The notes beneath the pieces were generated by a model that was not told the origin of the DNA, did not search any database, and was given only the letters and a program-made list of their open reading frames with translations. From contig OX597815.1 of NCBI GenBank assembly GCA_951406725.2, positions 35,712,001 to 35,776,000 of the forward strand: a DNA stretch of 64,000 nucleotides. The letters run 5' to 3'. Within the stretch, counting starts at the first letter, position 1. Every line of letters starts with the position of its first letter. A program made the position numbers and the translations under genes. Positions 13,690-27,420 of this stretch are shown here, one piece after another. This DNA is from Octopus vulgaris. Its lineage: Eukaryota.

Positions 13690-14026
13690 TAGGGTGGGCG
13701 AAAAGTCACGCACTAAAACATTTGATATTTCATTTCTATTGCATTATTGTTAGTGACACTTTCTCTGTCCTCACGTTGAGTTCAAATCCCGCCTTGACCG
13801 ACTTTGCCTTTCATCCTCTCAGGGCAAATAAAATAAGTATCAGTCAAGCTCTTGTGCCCATAGTAGAAAGAACTATTATTCTCCATCTCGTTCATTATAT
13901 ACAAGTATGTGTGACTTCATCTTTATTTTATTTATCTTATTCAATTTTAGGAAAATTGAAGCACGATTTTAACAATTCCGGAGTGTATTGAAATTATTTT
14001 GTGCGTGATCTTTTACCAAGCCTGTA

Positions 14027-15580
<1,554 letters not shown>

Positions 15581-15606
15581 TGTGTGTGTTTGTGTGTGTG
15601 TGTTTT

Positions 15607-15655
<49 letters not shown>

Positions 15656-15668
15656 TTGTGTGTGTGTT

Positions 15669-15725
<57 letters not shown>

Positions 15726-15737
15726 GTTTGTGTGTTT

Positions 15738-15771
<34 letters not shown>

Positions 15772-15838
15772 TTGTTTGTGTGTGTGTGTTTGCGTGCGTG
15801 TATGTTTGTTTGTGTGTGTGTGTTTGTGTGTGTGTGTT

Positions 15839-15898
<60 letters not shown>

Positions 15899-15910
15899 TG
15901 TGTGTGCGCG

Positions 15911-15970
<60 letters not shown>

Positions 15971-15978
15971 TGTGTGTG
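15581..15978. repeat. (TG)n / (TGTGTT) microsatellite
   Basis: Direct inspection. Confidence 0.97.
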
Positions 15979-16403
15979 CGTAACGACAAAGATTTAAATA
16001 TAAATGTCATAATGCAGAGGAGAAATGATTAAGAAACAATATTTGATTGATTATTAATATGGCCTTTTATTAAGATTGATCGTAATATAAGTCGTTACAA
16101 CATAAAATTAACGACGTCGTCGCGTCATTGTGTGTGCTCAAGTTATTTGTTTGTTGCAGTGATGTATTTTCTGTAGCTTCTCTGCGACTACCGCGCAGAA
16201 AGACAAACGAATAACTGTTTTTATAATTAGAGACACTGATAATTCTATTATCATGCATCACTCTTTGATTAGAGACCGGCCGTTGCCCTTGGTTTGGCGT
16301 CGCATTTACTAAAGAAAAAGACTGCCATAGGTTTTTGTTTTTAGAATGTTGCTAATTAAAATAGGTCAAGCTAAAAACAATAGATTTAAGATTTGCTTGA
16401 CTC

Positions 16404-16443
<40 letters not shown>

Positions 16444-16451
<8 letters not shown>

Positions 16452-16852
16452 TCTTTTACTTGTTTCAGTCATTTGACTGCGGCCATGCTGGAGCACCGCC
16501 TTTAATCGAGAAACTCGACCCCGGGACTTATTCTTTTGAAAGCCCAGTACTTATTCTATCGGTCTCTTTTGCCGAACCGCTAAGTAACGGGGACATAAAC
16601 ACACCAGCATCGGTTGTCAAGCAATGCTAGGGGGACAAACACAGACACACAAACACACACACGCATATATATATATATACATATATACGACGGGCTTCTT
16701 TCAGTTTCCGTTTACCAAATCCACTCACAAGGCTTTGGTCGGCCCGAGGCTATAGTAGAAGACACTTGCTCAAGGTGCCACGCAGTGGGACTGAACCCGG
16801 AACCATGTGGTTGGTAAACAAGCTACTTACCACACAACCACTCCTGCGCCTA
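16444..16852 (-). mobile_element. SINE family B, full length
   Basis: Colinear with 10012-10489 and with the reverse complement of 22585-23028. Confidence 0.92.
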
Positions 16853-18515
16853 TACATACATACATACATAAGTTAGTATTTGCTTTTTTATAAGTGTCTG
16901 TAATATTAGAAAGAAGTCGTTTGTAAAGAGCTGGTCATAAAGAGAAGTCGTTTGTAATGCTGGTCATAAATAAAGTGAGAAGACTCTTTAGTTTAAGTCA
17001 AGACAGCTGTGAGTTTGCAAATATATGAGTTAGTATGTACATACATGAAGGTTCATATGCGGATATCACATCATCTGTGTCCAAACACTTGCGCCCTATC
17101 GTCTCAGTCTGCACAACAACTAAACCGGGATGGTGCTACGTCTACATCGCATCCCAAAAAAGGACCACTCGAATGAATGGAATGAAGTCGTTCATCAACA
17201 CACACCAGTCTTTAACCTTCACACGTACTGGTCTCCATGTTATGCTTTTTCTATCATTATTACAATAGTAATCTTGAAATCTCTCAATGCACATATTTTC
17301 CCCCTTGCAGCTGTCTACTTTTAACTGTCGTTGAAGACTATAGGAACAGTCGCTTTCCAGCCGCCACAAAAACAGCATACGGCTATGCCTGTATTTGACA
17401 AGCTCTTATATAACCAACCAAGAAGTCAACGTCTGTTTGTTGTCATTCACTGTTGTGTATCTGCAACCGAAATTCTTGATTCGCACACAGCCCTGCAAAC
17501 TAGAGCTACAGGTTAGAAACGAATCGCCTCTCGAAATATTGGAAGCACTGTGATTTAATTGGTAGCTTTCTGTTAAGTTTAATTTATCTTGTTATAACCA
17601 AAAGACAAGAATCTTGAACATCCAGGGACTTATGAAACCATCCACACAAACACACACGCACATAATTATACTTTGTCTAATTTTATTGTAAATTTAGCAA
17701 AGTTTTGCGAAAAATAACTTCATTACGTAACATAGATTTAACCAGCTCCGGGGCGATGGAAGACAAAGCTCAACATTCATGCAGGATTTAAAAATCAGTG
17801 TATGGATAAATAAACTAAATTGCTAAGGCACTGAACTGCTGACTTATTGATTACGAGTACAATCCCTCGGTAGATATTGCCTGCAAGACAATTCTACATT
17901 GAATCAGCTCACTTTGCTGTTACCCGGTATTTCTTGGTAAATAACGAACGAGTGAGTAAGATTAGAGTGTTAATCGCCGAGGAATTTGTTGATTGTTTGC
18001 TTGATGTTTAGGAGACCGGATGTAGATATCAGCCCTATTGGCTTGTGGTCGAGTTACTCGCATTGACAAACCGATCTTTCCCATTATATGTAATTAACTC
18101 TTTAGCTTACCCTATCAAATTTAATAATGCTTTTTTATTTACATTGTTTTGATTTAATCCTGCATTTATCTCACAGCTTCGAGATTTTAATGATGTAATT
18201 GTTTTTATTTTTAGAACGACACTGTAGGTAGGTGTGAGAGGCCTGATCTGGTCGGTTTGAACATAAAAGGCTGAATCTGACCAGTTAAAATGCTAGAGGT
18301 ATAAAAGTACTCAGAATCAAATATTTTTGACCATGGGAAAACAACACAACAGAAGTGGAGATATTCGAGCCATTCATTTGACGTTTCGACAAATTAGTCC
18401 GCAACTTTATCGATTCGGCCAACAAATTTCAGTTCTCATAAAAATCCAGTTAATCTGCATGACTGCATTGCATCGAGAATCAAAATCACGAAATTTTCTT
18501 AAGTAGTGTAGTGAT

Positions 18516-18853
18516 ATTCTTTTCTACTCTAGGAACAAGGCCCGAAATTTTGGGGGAGGGGGCCAGTCGATTAGATCGACTCCAGTACACAACTGGTACT
18601 TCATTTATCGACCCCGAAAGGATGAAAGGCAAAAGAGCGTAAAGACAGACGAAATGCCGCTAAGCATTTCACCCGGCGTGCTAACGATTCTGACTGCTCG
18701 CCGCCTTAAAAAATGTGTATATTTTTTTCTACTCTATGCCTGAAATTTGTGGGGAGGCGGCCAGTCGATTAGATCGACTCCAGTACACAACTGGTACTTA
18801 ATTTATCGACCCCGAAAGGATGAAAGGCAAAAGTCGACCTCGGCGGTATTTGA
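18516..18853 (-). mobile_element. SINE family A (alternative tail) dimer with 15-bp TSD
   Basis: Two core copies; TSD aagtagtgtagtgat at 18501-18515 and 18854-18868. Confidence 0.85.
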
Positions 18854-19396
18854 AAGTAGTGTAGTGATGTCTTAAGTATGTAGTGGATGTAGCGATGGAG
18901 ATAGTAGTGGTATTGGAAGTGGTTGTGATGGTGGTGGTAGTGGTAGTTATAGTAGTAGTGGTGGAAGATGTAGTTGTAGTAGTGATTGTTGATTTTGTGT
19001 AAACCAGGGCAGACCTGATTGATAACACCTATAATCAAAGGCATTCCAGCTACATGAAATGATTATATGCACCAAGTGAGTAGCATAAACACAAAATAGT
19101 ATTAATTGAAATGACCCCTTATTTTAAGTTCTATTATCCATCTTGTAGGTAGTTAAGTTCTTCCTTTGTTGACTTCTAGAAGGACGGATGCAAGAAAGAA
19201 ATATAAAGAGTAAAATAATTTGAACAAGTAGAGAGGCTGAAAGTTGTGTAGTCGCACGCTGACAAGTCATACATGAAGTGAGAAAAATAGAGATGTGGTC
19301 TTTTTGGTCAGGGGCCAAGTGAAGGAGGTAAGAACCGAATTTGGGTTCCTTACTTATATTTTCTAACGAAATTAGGTCAGGCTAAATAAAGGATTT

Positions 19397-20087
19397 GGAT
19401 CTTTACCTTTTGACCTACAGATTTAAATAATAATTTTTTGTAACTAAACACCTTCAAACTCCGTATAGTGGTAGAATGTGTCATATAAAACACCATTACC
19501 TCTTAGCGTTTTTGAGAAAAGTTTATGTTTACAAAGTTATTTCGTGTTGAAATTCTCGTATTTCGCTAATTTCAACCAATCAATGACGTGTATTCAGCTG
19601 AATAAAATTACTACCGTTGTTTGTCAACAACAACTATCGGCGGCGTATTTTTCATTTGTCACTGTTATTTATGACATTGTTCGTGCGTTTGTACTGGTTT
19701 TAGCTTTAAGGTTTTAGGATTAGGGTTAGGGTTTTAGGGTTAGGGTTAGGTTTTTAGAGTTAGGGTTAAGGTTTTAGGGTTAGGGTTTGGGTTTTAGAGT
19801 TAGGGTTGTAATAAATAACAGTGACAAACGAAATATGCACCGCCGGAAGTTCTTGTTGACAAACAACAGCAGTAATTTTATTCAGCTGAATACACGTCAT
19901 TGATTGGTTGAAATTACCGAAATACGAGAACTTCAACACGAAATAATTTTGTAAACATAAACCTTTCTCAAAAACACTAAGAGTAAATGGTATTTTTATA
20001 TGACACATTCTACCAGTGTCTTAAGTTTGAAAGTGTTTAGTTACAAAAAATTATTTTTTTAATCTGTAGGTCAAAAGGTAAAGATCC
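19397..20087. mobile_element. Fold-back DNA element with ~275-bp TIRs and central degenerate (TTAGGG)n
   Basis: ggatctttaccttttgacctacagatt... / ...aatctgtaggtcaaaaggtaaagatcc; candidate 8-bp TSD aaggattt / aagaattt. Confidence 0.9.
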
Positions 20088-20549
20088 AAGAATTTTCCGT
20101 CTCTTGTCTGATTGACCTAAGTTTCACTCGAAACAGCCAGTTAAAGAATAGTACTTATCTATATGTGACAGTCGACTCATAAACTTCTTGGTGCAAAAGC
20201 CGAGAACAGAAAGAAGGAACTCGTAGAAGAATCTTTATTGGGTTTCGAATTCTAGCTAAGAATCTAGCAAGCTATTCGCTATAAACTCCAGCCATGTATA
20301 AAGAACTACTTTCGTCTCTTTTTAAATGCAGTAAGATGTGCTTTGTGGAAGATTTAGCTGTTATTTCTTGCTGGTTGAACAGCCACGTTGAATTTCCCTG
20401 CAGCGATGTATGAGTTCCAACATTTTAAGTGCTATTACTATTAACTTTCATTCTTTGGTAATCGATAAAATAAGTACCAGTCAAGCACTGGGATCGATGT
20501 AATCGACTTACCCCCTACCCCGAATTTTCAGAACTTGTGCCAAAGTTAG

Positions 20550-20722
<173 letters not shown>

Positions 20723-20827
20723 TTGCTTCATCCACCCCTCATCCTTTTTTCCTTCCCTCCACAAAGCTAATTACATTTCTCGAAATAAGGGCCCACGTTA
20801 GAACCCATTTCTTTTCATAGTGCGCGG

Positions 20828-20881
<54 letters not shown>

Positions 20882-21282
20882 CACAACACATTTTATGTAT
20901 TCTTATTAACAGCTCTCTTGATTTTTGCCGACATAGGCTATCTCCGGTTTCCTCGAACACTAATTTCTTTTTTTAATTCGCTAATTACAAATAATTGTAA
21001 AATTGTATAATTACAATTTTTATTGTGTCTTTTTCTTTGTTATTTCTGCGGTCCTTCATTACATTTAACGTTAATTTGTTCTATTGTCCCCTCCTCTCAC
21101 ATATACACCTCAGACTTTCAACTTAAAACTAAAAAGGATTTTTAGGTTTTCTTTTTTAACGACCAACATTATTTCTTGTTGATATTTTTGTTTCGTTTTG
21201 CTTTCACTTATTTTTCGTATTTGTTTCGAACTTTGCCACCTAAAAATAGAAAAATTATTTCTTACAACGATCTCTCGCTCCC

Positions 21283-21328
<46 letters not shown>

Positions 21329-21371
21329 TCTCTCTCACTTTTCTGTCTCTCTCTCTCTCTCTCTCTGTTTA

Positions 21372-21427
21372 CGGTGTTGTGTAACTTCGGTATAGGTACC
21401 GGAAGTACCGGATACATTTTAAGAAAG

Positions 21428-21479
<52 letters not shown>

Positions 21480-21529
21480 CCCAGCATGGCCATAGCTCAT
21501 TAGCTGAAACTGGAAAAATAAAAAAAAAA

Positions 21530-21590
<61 letters not shown>

Positions 21591-21742
21591 GGGTTAGGGT
21601 TAGGGTTAGGGTTAGGATTTCTGTTAGGGTTAGGGTTTGTGTTAGGGTTAGGATTAGGGGTGGGAGAAAAGGGTTTCTGTTATCTTCAGAAATGTAAACA
21701 AAGCCACTTCCGGTACTTACGGTACCTATACCGAAGGATCGC
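21372..21742. mobile_element. Short element with 28-bp subterminal inverted repeat and internal (TTAGGG)n
   Basis: cttcggtataggtaccggaagtaccgga (21385-21412) vs tccggtacttacggtacctataccgaag (21709-21736), one mismatch; TTAGGG tract ~21590-21660. Confidence 0.78.
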
Positions 21743-22094
21743 CAAAATAGGTCGATAAAATAAGTACCAGACTGTAATAAATATGATGAACAAAAATTTC
21801 GTTGGGGCCGATACAACAGCCTTGAGCGCAGGCATATGGCCGAGATCTATTTTTCAGTGGGACACTGCTTGATGACGAGGCCCCGAGTAATTTCCGGACT
21901 ACGCGATACTTCCTGCAAACGTCATCTACTGAGTAACATTAAATAGACGAATTTTATGCGAAGTTATTTGGTAATTATCTCAGTTGGACTACTTCTGTAA
22001 TTCCAAAGACCAACCATGTCACACACATGCTGATTTAGCATGAGGTTTGGGAACAGTGCCACTAAATGCATAGGCACAATGGGTTGCTGGCCAG

Positions 22095-22578
22095 GGGCCC
22101 ATGAAACTTTATTCTCTCCAGCGCCACCGAGAGCACTACATCATTTGCAAAATGTGGACAATATTCCACCAGCATTACCCAAACGACCTTAGCATCAGAT
22201 TCAGAATTCATCATCCAAGGTTGAGGCCATTTGCAATACAGCCCGTACACAATTAAGGCTCACAACAAATAAATTCACTGCATAAATTCTTTTCCTCAAC
22301 TAGCCCTGCTCTTTTTAACATTATCATAAAACAAATCAAAGAAGATAAAGATCTCATCACCTTCAAACGAAACCCGGACTAATTTTTTCAAGGAATATCA
22401 GATAAGCCACTTAAACCTGGATGCACCTCAGTCAACAACTCCTTACGTGAATGGGCCATGATACCACAAAACTTAACAGATCCTATCAAGTGGTGCTTTT
22501 AAGTTAGCTACGGCCTAGGCCAATCTTTAGCCGAAACATACCTAAGTTACCTAAGTTACCTAAGTTATCTAAGTTACA
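22095..22578 (+). mobile_element. CR1/L2-like LINE 3' fragment with (ACCTAAGTT)n tail
   Basis: MKLYSLQRHREHYIICKMW...PND...HPRL...PALFN...TFKR..D.FF..ISDKP resembles a CR1-group RT C-terminus; 9-bp terminal repeats at 22540-22578. Confidence 0.75.
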
Positions 22579-22584
22579 TATACT

Positions 22585-22761
22585 TAGGCGTAGGAGTGGC
22601 TGTGTGGTAAGTAGCTTGCTAACGAACCACATGGTTCCGGGTTCAGTCCCACTGCGTGGCACCTTGGGCAAGTGTCTTCTACTATAGCCTCGGGCCAACC
22701 AAAGCCTTGTGAGTGGATTTGGTAGACGGTAACTGAAAGAAGCCCGTCGTATATATGTATG

Positions 22762-22847
<86 letters not shown>

Positions 22848-23028
22848 TGTGTTGTGTTTGTCCCCTCCAACATCGCTTGACAACCGATGCTGGTGTGTTT
22901 ACGTCTCCGTAACTTAGCGGTTCGGCAAAAGAGATAGAATAAGTCCTGGGGTCGATTTCCTCGACTAAAGACGGTGCTCCAGCATGGCCACAGTCAAATT
23001 ACTGAAACAAGTAAATGAGGTAAATAAA
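22585..23028 (+). mobile_element. SINE family B, full length
   Basis: aggcgtaggagtggctgtgtggtaag (A box), gggttcagtccc (B box), accttgggcaagtgtctt (CORE-like), internal (TA)(TG)n. Confidence 0.92.
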
Positions 23029-23097
23029 TGAGAGTGTTTGGCTGTCAACAAATAAATACTTTAGGGCCCAGTGCACTGATTTGATACATATATATAT

Positions 23098-23389
23098 ATG
23101 GTCACTGCTTCGTATGTATGTATGTATGTATGTATGTATGTATGTATGTACGTACGTACGTATGTGTGTGTATGTATGTATGTACGTACGTACGTACGTA
23201 TGTATGTGTGTGTACGTATGTATATATATACATACACACACATACATACGTACGTACGTACGTACATACATACATACACACACATACGTACGTACATACA
23301 TACATACATACATACATACATACATACATACATACATACATACATACATACATACATACATACATACATACATAGGAAGCAGTGACCAT
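23098..23389. repeat. ~290-bp fold-back inverted repeat built from microsatellite
   Basis: atggtcactgcttc (23098-23111) / gaagcagtgaccat (23376-23389); internal variant pattern mirrored around (TA)n at ~23225. Confidence 0.88.
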
Positions 23390-23729
23390 GGTAGCCAGCG
23401 AATGTTGTTGGTCATCACGATGTTAAACATGAATCCAGTCACGTAGCAACCAGCATCGAAACGTGACAGCCGCAATGGTTAAAAACAAATAAGATAAGAT
23501 ATAACAGAAAAAGAAAGAAAAAAAACAAGTAGTGAGAAAACAATAAGGAAGAACTTAAGTTGGAAGTTCTGTCTTCTGTAAATATTAAAGTGTGTGGGTG
23601 CGACAATTAGGTGGGTTGCTTTATCTAATCCTTTCTGGCTTGCATTTCACAAGTTTTTAATGAAGATTTATTGGCTTTTGATAAAACGTCTTGACAGATA
23701 TCAGAAGACTGTAAAATGGTATGGCTGTA

Positions 23730-23760
<31 letters not shown>

Positions 23761-23839
23761 TGTATGTATGTATGTATGTATGTATGTATGTATGTATGTA
23801 TGTATGTATGTATGTATGTATGTATGTATGTATGTATGA

Positions 23840-24040
23840 ATGTGACCGCGTGTGTACCGTTGGCGATTTTTTTTTCCTCTGTCTTCCCTTCTCTGGATCT
23901 TTCCTTCTTCTATGTTTCCGACGAAGATCTCCGCTCGAAACGTTAAACCCTCATTCTTTCCTGAGCGTCTAATAATACTATATTTGTTCCACGTCCTCGC
24001 GTTGTTGTGTTTTTTTTTGTGCTTTCTTGTTTGGATTAAC
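23840..24040 (+). mobile_element. ~200-bp Penelope-type element in (TATG)n with a hammerhead motif (23914-23948)
   Basis: Homolog of 11770-11958; GTTT-CCGACGA-A-GATCTCCGCTC-GAA-ACGT-T-AAAC (one core and one stem II substitution). Confidence 0.72.
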
Positions 24041-24130
24041 TATGTATGTATGTATGTATGTATGTATGTATGTATGTATGTATGTATGTATGTATGTATG
24101 TATGTATGTATGTATGTATGTACGTACGTA

Positions 24131-24988
24131 CGTGGTCTGATCAACAAGTATCCGGACTGTTGCTGTAGTAACGAAGTTAAAGCACGGAGTGTGAAGCCGC
24201 TTGGCACAGATTGACCTTTACATTTGCTGTACACGACCATTAAGTTTTAACGTCCTAGCTCACTTCTGCTGTTTACAGCAATGCTTGGAAGGAACGTGTG
24301 TAGAGTGTAACCGTCGCATTGACCATGACAGAGAAAGGTGAGCAGAGAATCTGCATCAAATTTTTCCAAAAGCTTGGCGATACCTGCTCAGAAGCCTACG
24401 TAAAATTTTCAAAAAGTTTTCATCGTTCTCGACACAATCAAGGAAATCTTGTACAACTGAAACCTGAGTGTACTTTTGGTTGGCTGAAAGCAGTTTTGGC
24501 AGACACGCGTCTCATACTCAAATCTTCAGTATTAATGGACTGAACTGAACCTACCTAATTTGCACACCCTCAAATACCTGAGGATGGTGATTCGACGATT
24601 TCCTCTCACAGCTGCGATGTTTTTCTCAGTTCTGCTGGTTGCGGGTCTCCCAGAACGTTCGTCAACATCGATATTTTTTCGGCCATCTTGGAAACCTGTG
24701 AACCACTCGTGTGCGGCTCATACGCTCTTCTCCATACACTTCCTGCAACTTGGCCTAGGCCGCTGAGAAGGTATCGCCAAGAGAACTTTCTCTGTCATGG
24801 TCAATACGAAGATCACACGCTACACACCTTCGTTCCAGCTTCGTATACAGCGGAAGTGAGCCAGAACGTTAAAACTTAATGCGCACACACAGCAAAGTTC
24901 GAGGTCAATATGTGCCAAGCGGCTTCACTCTGCATGCTTTAGCTTCGTTACTACAGCAACAGTCCGAATACTTATTGATCAGACCTCG
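24131..24988 (-). mobile_element. Fold-back mariner derivative, copy 2
   Basis: TA-cgtggtctgatcaacaagtatccggactg ... cagtccgaatacttattgatcagacctcg-TA; colinear with 1741-2595. Confidence 0.92.
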
Positions 24989-25214
24989 TATGTATGTATG
25001 TATGTATGTATGTATGTATGTATGTATGTATGTATGTATGTATGTATGTATGTATGTATGTATGCATGTATGTTTGTACGAATGTGTGTGTATGCATGTA
25101 CATATGAATGTATGTATGTGTGTACGTACGTATGCACGTGTGTGTTTGTGTGTGTGGTCTATGTGTGCTCGTGAGGCGCGCATGTGCGTGTGAGTGGCGG
25201 TATGTATGTGTGTG

Positions 25215-25246
<32 letters not shown>

Positions 25247-25570
25247 TGTATGTATGTATGTATGTATGTATGTATGTATGTATGTATGTATGTATGTATG
25301 TATGTATGTATGTATGTATGTATGTATGTATGTATGTATGTATGTATGTATGTATGTATGCATGCATGCATGCATGTATGTATGTATGTATGTATGTATG
25401 TATGTATGTATGTATGTATGTATGTATGTATGTATGTATGTATGTATGTATGTATGTATGTATGTATGCATGCATGTATGTATGTATGTATGTATGCATG
25501 CATGCATGTATGAATGTATGTATGTATGTATGTATGTATGTATGTATGTATGTATGTATGTATGTATGTA
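24989..25570. repeat. (TATG)n compound microsatellite
   Basis: Direct inspection. Confidence 0.95.
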
Positions 25571-25681
25571 TATTTGCACTGAAATCACGCCATCCTAGCC
25601 ACAATCATCACCATCAACATGAAGAAGTAGCTTCTACGCGGTCGTTTGAACGAAAGTTCTTCAAATACGCCCTATCATTTT

Positions 25682-25956
<275 letters not shown>

Positions 25957-26081
25957 CAGTGGACAACGTAGTCACTGATACGGAAACGTCCCACGGGTCT
26001 ATTTAATCTGAGCAGATTTGGGACCAATTAATAGCACAAAACACGCACCCTCAAAAGATAAAAAATACTATGAATTACCAA

Positions 26082-26475
26082 AGCAGGAGTGGCTATGTGG
26101 TAAGTAGCTTGTTTACCAACCACATGGTTCTGAGTTCAGTCACACTGCGTGGCACCTTGGGCAAATGTCTTCTACTATAGCCTCGAGCTGACCAAAGCCT
26201 TGTGAGTGGATTTGGTTGATGGAAACTGAAAGAAGCCCGTCGTATAAATATATATATGTGTATATATGTCTGTATGTGTGTGTATGTGTATGTGTTTGTT
26301 CCCCCACCATCGATGCTGGTGTGCTTACGTCCCCGTAACTTTGCGGTTCGGCAAAAGAGACCGTTAGAATAAGTACTAGGCTTACAAAGAATAAGTCCTG
26401 GGGTTGATTTGTTCGACTAAAGGTGGTGCTCCAGCATGACCCCAGTCAAATGACTGAAACAAGTAAAAAGAAAAG
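26082..26475 (+). mobile_element. SINE family B
   Basis: Colinear with 22585-23028. Confidence 0.9.
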
Positions 26476-26609
26476 CACGTCTTTAGGACTCTTTTTTTTT
26501 TTACAGTACACATTGAGAGTCAAGAAAGAAAATGGCACACAAACACTGCCAGAGCATTGACCGTCACCGCATTCGGTTGACATCGATACTATGATTATTA
26601 CCTGTAATC

Positions 26610-26995
26610 AATAAATAAGTACCAGTTGATCACTGGGGTCGATGTAATCCACTTATCTCTTCCCCCGAAATTGCTAGCCTTGTACCAAAATTTGAGACCA
26701 TTATTACCAAGTCAAGGAAGGCGGCCAGCTAGCGGAATCGCTTACGCGCCGGGCAAAATGCTTAGCGGCATTTCGCCCGTCTTTACGTTCTGCGTTCAAA
26801 TTCTGCTGAAGTCGACTTTGTCTTTCATCCTTTCGGTGTCGATAAAGTAAGTACCAGTTGGGCCTTGTGCCAAAACTTCTAGCCTTCTGCCAAAATTTGA
26901 AACCATTATTACCAATCAAGCACTGGGATCGATGAAATTGACGAGGCCTTCCCACAAAATTTCGAATCTTATGCCTATACTAGAAAGAAAGTATT
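26610..26995 (+). mobile_element. Composite of SINE family A pieces with alternative tail
   Basis: Core, tail aaattgctagccttgtaccaaaatttgagacc, then a new head at ~26716. Confidence 0.75.
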
Positions 26996-27087
26996 ATTGT
27001 ATAAACATTAGATCCTTCATGGATTGTGCTAGTCTTGCAACAAATTGTGGTAAAATACCAAAGAAAAAAACATATCTTTTATTTGTT

Positions 27088-27420
27088 ATCTTTTATTTGT
27101 TTCAATCACTAGACTGCAGCCATCCTGAGCACTACCTTGAAGGGTTTTAGTCAAACTAATCAACCTCAGGACTTATTTTTTAAGTCTGGTACTTACTCTA
27201 TCGGTGTCTAATGCCGAACCGCTAAGTTACGAGGAGGTAAACAAACTAACATCGGTTGTCAAGCGGTGGGAATAGAGACAACCACAGACACACGCACATA
27301 TTCGTGACGGGCTTCCTCACAGTGTGCGTCTATCAAATTCATTCACAAGGCATCAGTTGTATTGAGGCTACAGTAGAGGACGTTTGTCCAAAATCCTGTG
27401 CCGTGAAACTGAATTCAAAA
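27088..27420 (-). mobile_element. SINE family B, degenerate
   Basis: gccgaaccgctaagttacg, catcggttgtcaagc and gacgggcttc blocks. Confidence 0.75.

Noticed and set aside
17035-17520. Unique-looking segment with overlapping short ORFs
   Set aside because: No domain recognised in any frame; possibly an old TE, cannot be supported
19715-19806. True telomere or chromosome-fusion scar
   Set aside because: Short, degenerate, single polarity and enclosed by TIRs; no head-to-head TTAGGG/CCCTAA junction
23430-23730. Extra hammerhead or GIY-YIG C-terminus next to the fold-back
   Set aside because: CGAAACGT is present but has no upstream CUGANGA or stem II; the protein resemblance (IPFY) is too weak
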